Assembly (NCBI GenBank): GCA_022014175.1
Contig: JAKLLR010000003.1
Location: forward strand, 1 to 50,579
Reading direction: 5' to 3'
DNA from: Gammaproteobacteria bacterium
Lineage (GTDB): Bacteria; Pseudomonadota; Gammaproteobacteria; Immundisolibacterales; JAKLLR01
Length of the DNA: 50,579 nucleotides
Both the position numbers and the translations under genes were made by a program. Below, piece by piece: positions 43,315-50,579 of the stretch. How positions within the stretch are numbered: position 1 is the stretch's first letter; each line of letters begins with the position of its first letter. A model generated the notes under the pieces. That model saw nothing but the letters and a program-made list of their open reading frames with translations. It made no database searches and was not told the DNA's origin.

Positions 43315-44733
43315 TCAGTCCGAGCTCCACGCCTCAGCACCCGGCTGTCTGTCCAGGATACGATAGCAGGGCTGATAGCTTTCTGCTGCCAGTTTCATCC
43401 GCCCCTGCTCTACAAACATGCGTAGCAGCCGGTCCAGCGGTGCCATCAGCGCAGGATCGCCCCGCAGGACAAACGGCCCCTGGGCTTCAACCGCCCGAAT
43501 CCCCTGCTCTTTCACATTGCCGGCCACGATACCGGAGAAGGCCCGCCTGAGATCGGCAACCCGTTTGTGTGACGGCTGGGAAGTGCTCAGATCCAGCGCA
43601 GCCATGGCCTCGTGAGTCGGCGAAAACGGCTGCTGCAACGCCGGATCAAGGGCCAGGGACCAGTTGTAGTAAAACGCATCCCGCCGCTGTCGACGCCAGA
43701 CCTCGACCTGTTGCAGGGACTCTTTCACCGCATGGGCCACCGCCACCGAATCATCAATAATCACCCGGTAGCAGGCCCGGGCTTCAGAACCCAAGGCTGA
43801 TTCGATAAAGCCGTCTACCTCCCGGAAATACGCCTCACAGCAAGCAGGGCCAGTGAGTATCAGCGGCAGTGGCATCCCCATCCCCCGGTTATCCGGATGC
43901 AACAACACCCCCAGAGCGAACAGAATCTCCTCAAGGGTGCCGACCCCTCCCGGAAAGACCACCAGAGCGTGGCCCAATCGGATGAATGCCTCCAGCCGTT
44001 TCTCGATATCCGGCATGATCACCAGCTCATTAACGATCGGATTCGGTGGCTCGGCAACGATAATGCCAGGCTCAGTAATACCGAGATAGCGGCCACCCGA
44101 GACCCGCTGCTTGGCGTGCCCCACTGCGGCCCCCTTCATTGGCCCTTTCATGGCACCAGGGCCACAGCCGGTGCAGATATTCAGGCCCCGTAAACCGAGC
44201 TGATACCCAACCTCCTTGGTGTAGCTGTATTCGCTGTCACTGATCGCATGACCGCCCCAACAGACCACCATATCCGGCGCTTCGCCCCGCCGCAGCAGAT
44301 GAGCGTTGCGGGCAATCTGAAAAATCACGTCGGTGATACCCGCCGGATCCCCCAGATCAAACCCTGGGCTACCGATGATCTCGTTCTGCACGTAGGCAAC
44401 GTCTCTCAGCACCGCAAACAGGTGTTCACGAATGCCCTGAATCATCTCGCCGTCCACGAAAGCCGCAGCGGGCGCATTGCGTAGATGGAGCCGAATACCC
44501 CGCTCCTCCTGCACCACCTCCAGCTCGAAATCCTCAAACTGCTCCATGATCTGCTTGGCGTCATCCAGCTCGCTACCGCAGTTCAATACCGCCAGAGCGC
44601 AACCCCGCACCAGCCCATACAATCCACCCTGACTGCTGCGCCTCAGCGCCGCCACTTCCAGCCGTGAGAGCACATCCAGACTACCCGCAGGGGTCACCCA
44701 GACTCCATCCACCTTGCCATTCTGCTGAAGCAT
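43315..44733 (-). CDS. ppnN: Nucleotide 5'-monophosphate nucleosidase (LOG family)
   Basis: VVCWGGH, CTGCGPGAMKGPMKG, EKRLEAF, FPGGVGTLEE, FSGIVAGNVK. Confidence 0.93.
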   Translation of the reverse strand: MLQQNGKVDGVWVTPAGSLDVLSRLEVAALRRSSQGGLYGLVRGCALAVLNCGSELDDAKQIMEQFEDFELEVVQEERGIRLHLRNAPAAAFVDGEMIQGIREHLFAVLRDVAYVQNEIIGSPGFDLGDPAGITDVIFQIARNAHLLRRGEAPDMVVCWGGHAISDSEYSYTKEVGYQLGLRGLNICTGCGPGAMKGPMKGAAVGHAKQRVSGGRYLGITEPGIIVAEPPNPIVNELVIMPDIEKRLEAFIRLGHALVVFPGGVGTLEEILFALGVLLHPDNRGMGMPLPLILTGPACCEAYFREVDGFIESALGSEARACYRVIIDDSVAVAHAVKESLQQVEVWRRQRRDAFYYNWSLALDPALQQPFSPTHEAMAALDLSTSQPSHKRVADLRRAFSGIVAGNVKEQGIRAVEAQGPFVLRGDPALMAPLDRLLRMFVEQGRMKLAAESYQPCYRILDRQPGAEAWSSD

Positions 44734-44891
44734 AACTGCTGCCTTGTTATTTTCGTCTGTTTACCCACAGCCGCACCGCTGCCGGTCCAGCCCCAGTTCT
44801 ACCCCGAATTCATCACCCGGGTTCAATTTGTCATACACTCCGGCTCAGGTGCCAAACGGCAAACCACAAAAACTGGAGCAGCCTTGAGATT

Positions 44892-45719
44892 ATGAGCGAA
44901 CCCACCGAAACCCACAGCATGGCGGTCTACTGCGACTTCGAGAATATCGCACTGGGGGTCAAGGATGAGAAATACGCCGCGTTTGATATTCAGCGGGTGC
45001 TCGAACGGCTGCTGCTGAAAGGCAATATCGTAGTGAAAAAAGCCTATTGCGACTGGGACCGTTACAAAGCCTTCAAATCACCGATGCACGAGGCCGCATT
45101 TGAGCTGATCGAGATCCCCCACGTCCGCCAGTCCGGCAAGAATTCAGCGGATATCCGGATGGTGGTTGATGCTCTCGACCTCTGTTACACCAAAGCCCAT
45201 GTAGATACCTTTGTCATCGTCAGCGGCGATTCCGATTTCTCACCGCTGGTGAGCAAGCTGCGGGAGAACAACAAGGTTGTGATCGGCGTCGGGGTCAGGA
45301 ACTCCACCTCCGATCTGCTGATGGCCAGCTGTGACGAATTCATTCTCTACGACGATCTGGTGCGGGAGGAGGAGAAGCGCCAGACAAAAGTCCGCAAACC
45401 CGCCGCCAAAAGCAGTCCCAAAACTGCCCAAAAAATCCAAAAACCAGAGTCCAGTGAAACTGACAAGCAACAGGCCGCCCTGGATCTGGTGATGGCCACC
45501 GTTGAGGACCTGTTCAGCGAGCGAGGGGCGGAGGAGAAGGTCTGGGGCTCCATGGTCAAACAGACCCTGAAACGGCGTAAACCCAGCTTTAACGAGAGCT
45601 ACCACGGCTTCCGCACCTTCGGCCGGCTGCTGGAAGCGGCTCAGGAGCGGGGCCTGCTTACCCTGGAACTGGATGAAAAATCCGGCGGTTACATCGTCAG
45701 GAGTGTCAGCCCGGACTAA
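44892..45719 (+). CDS. NYN (LabA/DUF88) domain protein with C-terminal OST-HTH/LOTUS
   Basis: DFEN, KNSADIRMVVDA, SGDSDF, CDEF; PSFNESYHGFRTF. Confidence 0.9.
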   Translation: MSEPTETHSMAVYCDFENIALGVKDEKYAAFDIQRVLERLLLKGNIVVKKAYCDWDRYKAFKSPMHEAAFELIEIPHVRQSGKNSADIRMVVDALDLCYTKAHVDTFVIVSGDSDFSPLVSKLRENNKVVIGVGVRNSTSDLLMASCDEFILYDDLVREEEKRQTKVRKPAAKSSPKTAQKIQKPESSETDKQQAALDLVMATVEDLFSERGAEEKVWGSMVKQTLKRRKPSFNESYHGFRTFGRLLEAAQERGLLTLELDEKSGGYIVRSVSPD

Positions 45720-45784
45720 CACCGGACACTCGAGTCCGCCGTACCGGCGAGATCGATCAACCGGGTGTCCGATGCCACTCAAAA

Positions 45785-46174
45785 TCAGGGCAGCTGCAGA
45801 CCACCAAATCCGCCACCACCCTGGCCCTGGCCACCCGCCCCTGGCACCACAATCGATGATGCGGACTGACGCCGCAGCTCCTCCAGCTCCTTGGCCGCCT
45901 GCTCGACCGCAATCTCAGCTGCGGCCGCAAAACTCTCTGCGGCCTCAGCCAGAGTCTCCCCCTCCAGCGGAAAGCTGAGAGGCAACGCCCCCATCTGGGT
46001 CATGATCTGCGCCTGGCCCACATGCTCAACAGGCCGACTGGGATCCGGATTGCCCTCACCATCAACCGGCGTCAGGCGACGAATCGTACCGACCCGGCGG
46101 TCGGTGAAGGTCTCCTCCAGATAGAGGTCATCCGCAATCATCGCCATATCAGTGGCGGAGTTTTGATTCGACAT
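45785..46174 (-). CDS. Conserved hypothetical protein
   Basis: Coding-like 129-aa ORF with SD, DLYLEETFTDRRVGTIRRLTPV, helical C-half and Gly-rich tail. Confidence 0.8.
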   Translation of the reverse strand: MSNQNSATDMAMIADDLYLEETFTDRRVGTIRRLTPVDGEGNPDPSRPVEHVGQAQIMTQMGALPLSFPLEGETLAEAAESFAAAAEIAVEQAAKELEELRRQSASSIVVPGAGGQGQGGGGFGGLQLP

Positions 46175-46262
46175 CGTGCTGTTCCCTGCTAATCAAAGTT
46201 TCAGTTTGGGCGCTATTATCGGGCACCAGACTGAATTCAGCCAAGGGGTCAGGATCTCGGCC

Positions 46263-47273
46263 CTAACGAAACCTCAGTGAGACCGTCACCGCACCAAACT
46301 GATCGTAGTTCTGCTGCCCGTCGAACTCCCGGGAGCGAAAAATATGGGTATAGGCGAGCCGGACCTCCCGCCAGATAATCGCGGCACCCAACTGGAAATC
46401 CCCCACCAGTGGTTTACGCTTCACATGGTGGCTGCTTTGAAAGGTGTTGCCATCGAGAAAGAGGTTGCGGGCGACAAACCGGCCCTCAAAACCCGCAAAC
46501 AGGTAGCCGCCAAGCCCCCGGGTTGGATGAAAAAAATCCGACCCCGGCAGGCTCGGTCGAATTCGGGGTGGACCATAATCCGCCGGCAGGTCAAAACCGA
46601 TCCGACCCGTCATCCCAAGCGAAAGATGGGTAAATATATTACCCAGGCTGCCCCCCACATGAGGGGTGAAATCGGTGGCTAAACCGTCACCACCCAACAC
46701 CAGCAGACTGCGCCACTTGCGCTCGTAAGTGAGCACAATACCTGGCTCGTTGGCCAGCTGGTTATCCCAGCCTTTCGGGTCATCCGCATCGACGATGTCA
46801 TGCACGATCCGCTGACTATGCCGGGCAAGGGCCGCAGGACCCACCATCCCAAGAGTCAACTCCAAGTTGTCCAAACGGGTGCCGGTATCTGAAATCACGC
46901 CGACGGAGCCATACAGCCAGCCCGCATAGGGGCGGTCATCGGCGATCAGTTCAGGCCGGGTGATGTCATCCGGGGTGAAAATATTCTGACCAAACACAAA
47001 ACTGAAACGGTTCACTCCACCTTCAGCAAACAGGGGCATCCGATCGGACCAACGGGCCATCCAGGGTGGCAGATCTCGCTCTGGAGAGAGCCACGAAAGC
47101 CGGGTGCCATGGGTGTAGTGGCTGTCCACATCCGCAAACAGGTCATTCTCGACAGCGAGACTGAAAACGCCCTTATCGTCCCGACCCGCATCCGCCTGGA
47201 CCGGAGTCACCGCAAAAACCGCAAGCAGCAGACAGCCGAAAAAAGACCCATCCCGCAGATAATTCACAGCCAT
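46263..47273 (-). CDS. Lipid A deacylase LpxR family outer-membrane protein (DUF2219)
   Basis: Signal peptide, ENDLF..DSHYTHG, GQNIFTP, DRPYAGWL, GWDNQL, RNLFLDG. Confidence 0.88.
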   Translation of the reverse strand: MAVNYLRDGSFFGCLLLAVFAVTPVQADAGRDDKGVFSLAVENDLFADVDSHYTHGTRLSWLSPERDLPPWMARWSDRMPLFAEGGVNRFSFVFGQNIFTPDDITRPELIADDRPYAGWLYGSVGVISDTGTRLDNLELTLGMVGPAALARHSQRIVHDIVDADDPKGWDNQLANEPGIVLTYERKWRSLLVLGGDGLATDFTPHVGGSLGNIFTHLSLGMTGRIGFDLPADYGPPRIRPSLPGSDFFHPTRGLGGYLFAGFEGRFVARNLFLDGNTFQSSHHVKRKPLVGDFQLGAAIIWREVRLAYTHIFRSREFDGQQNYDQFGAVTVSLRFR

Positions 47274-47276
47274 GGT

Positions 47277-49700
<2,424 letters not shown>

Positions 49701-49942
49701 AACAACAACTCCCGCGGCCCGTTGGTTTTCCGATGATTGACCCATTATGACCCGAGCAAGAAGTGGCAGCGAATAGATCCCGTCCGCCAGCCGAGACCGA
49801 CCACTCATGGCTCCGAGCCATAACTGACTTTTTATTGATAAGGGTCATATTCAGAACACCCGTAAACAAATCAAGATGCACGCAACCTTGGCGCCGGACA
49901 GAGAGTGCCGGCACCATTCCAGCAGTCAGGAGAGCAGATATT

Positions 49943-50579
49943 ATGAACAAACCACAAAATGTGTCTTTTCCGTTTAGCCCCGGCCACAACATGAAGCTCG
50001 GGAGCGGCGCTCCGGAGGGGACCGATCCGATTTCCGCTGAAGCGGTGACGTCACCGGAGATCTTCGAGCAGGAGAAAGAGAAGATCTTCAAACGGGCCTG
50101 GCTGGAGGTGGCCCGGGTGGATGAGATTCTGGAGGTGGGTGACTACATCACCCGGGAGATGGCCGTTCTCAACACTAACATCATGATTGTCCGGGGCAAG
50201 GACAACGTCATTCGGGCCTTTCACAATATGTGTCCCCACCGGGGCATGGCTCTGGCTACAGAGCCATGCGGTTCTGCCAAAGGTTTTGCCTGCGAATTCC
50301 ACGGCTGGGCCTTTGGCCTGGATGGGGTGCTGAACTACGTACCGGCAGAGGAGTCCTTCACCAATCTGGATAAATCCAAACTGGGTCTTCGCCCCTTGGC
50401 TTGTGACAGCTGGAACGGCTTTATCTTCGTCCACTGGGAGACCGAGCCAGAACAGGGGTTGAAGGCGTTCCTTGGTGGCATGGGCGAGCAGATCGACGGC
50501 TTTCCGTTTGATCAGTGCACCAAGATCGCCCACTACAGCGCCACCGTAAAAGCCAACTGGAAGGTCTGCGTCGACGCTT
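49943..50579 (+). CDS. Rieske non-heme iron (ring-hydroxylating) oxygenase alpha subunit, truncated by window end
   Basis: Manual translation: SD AGGAG, EKIFKRAW, AFHNMCPHRG...CEFHGW, ANWKVCVDA. Confidence 0.92.
   Translation, partial: MNKPQNVSFPFSPGHNMKLGSGAPEGTDPISAEAVTSPEIFEQEKEKIFKRAWLEVARVDEILEVGDYITREMAVLNTNIMIVRGKDNVIRAFHNMCPHRGMALATEPCGSAKGFACEFHGWAFGLDGVLNYVPAEESFTNLDKSKLGLRPLACDSWNGFIFVHWETEPEQGLKAFLGGMGEQIDGFPFDQCTKIAHYSATVKANWKVCVDA

Overview
GC-rich (~60%) gammaproteobacterial core-genome segment. Left half, mostly minus strand: dnaB(partial)-rplI-DUF2232-rpsR-rpsF-rlmB-rnr, tRNA-Leu(CAG) followed by an AT-rich methyltransferase, purA-hisZ-DUF2065-hflC-hflK-hflX-hfq-miaA, cinA, lysS-prfB-recJ-hypothetical-mutL-amidase-tsaE-nnr, and divergent queG. 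Right half: SYLF and RRM proteins, icmF, rnd, an FKBP, dnaQ-rnhA-methyltransferase-mltD, peroxiredoxin, HugZ-like protein, class I aldolase, SDR, ppnN, NYN protein, LpxR, a Cu(I) P-type ATPase and a truncated Rieske oxygenase alpha subunit. I saw no CRISPR array, integrase or intact transposase. The ORF track misses three reading anomalies in housekeeping genes: an in-frame TAG at codon 42 of lysS, an in-frame TGA at codon 58 of rnd, and an hflX with no canonical start (an ATT behind a GGAGG, preceded by two overlapping mini-ORFs). These could be sequencing errors, real lesions or regulated readthrough; the sequence alone cannot decide. Also noted: a frameshifted 5'-nucleotidase remnant, an NKxE-type IcmF, and a split mutL-miaA superoperon. 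I cannot claim a clearly novel system from this window.
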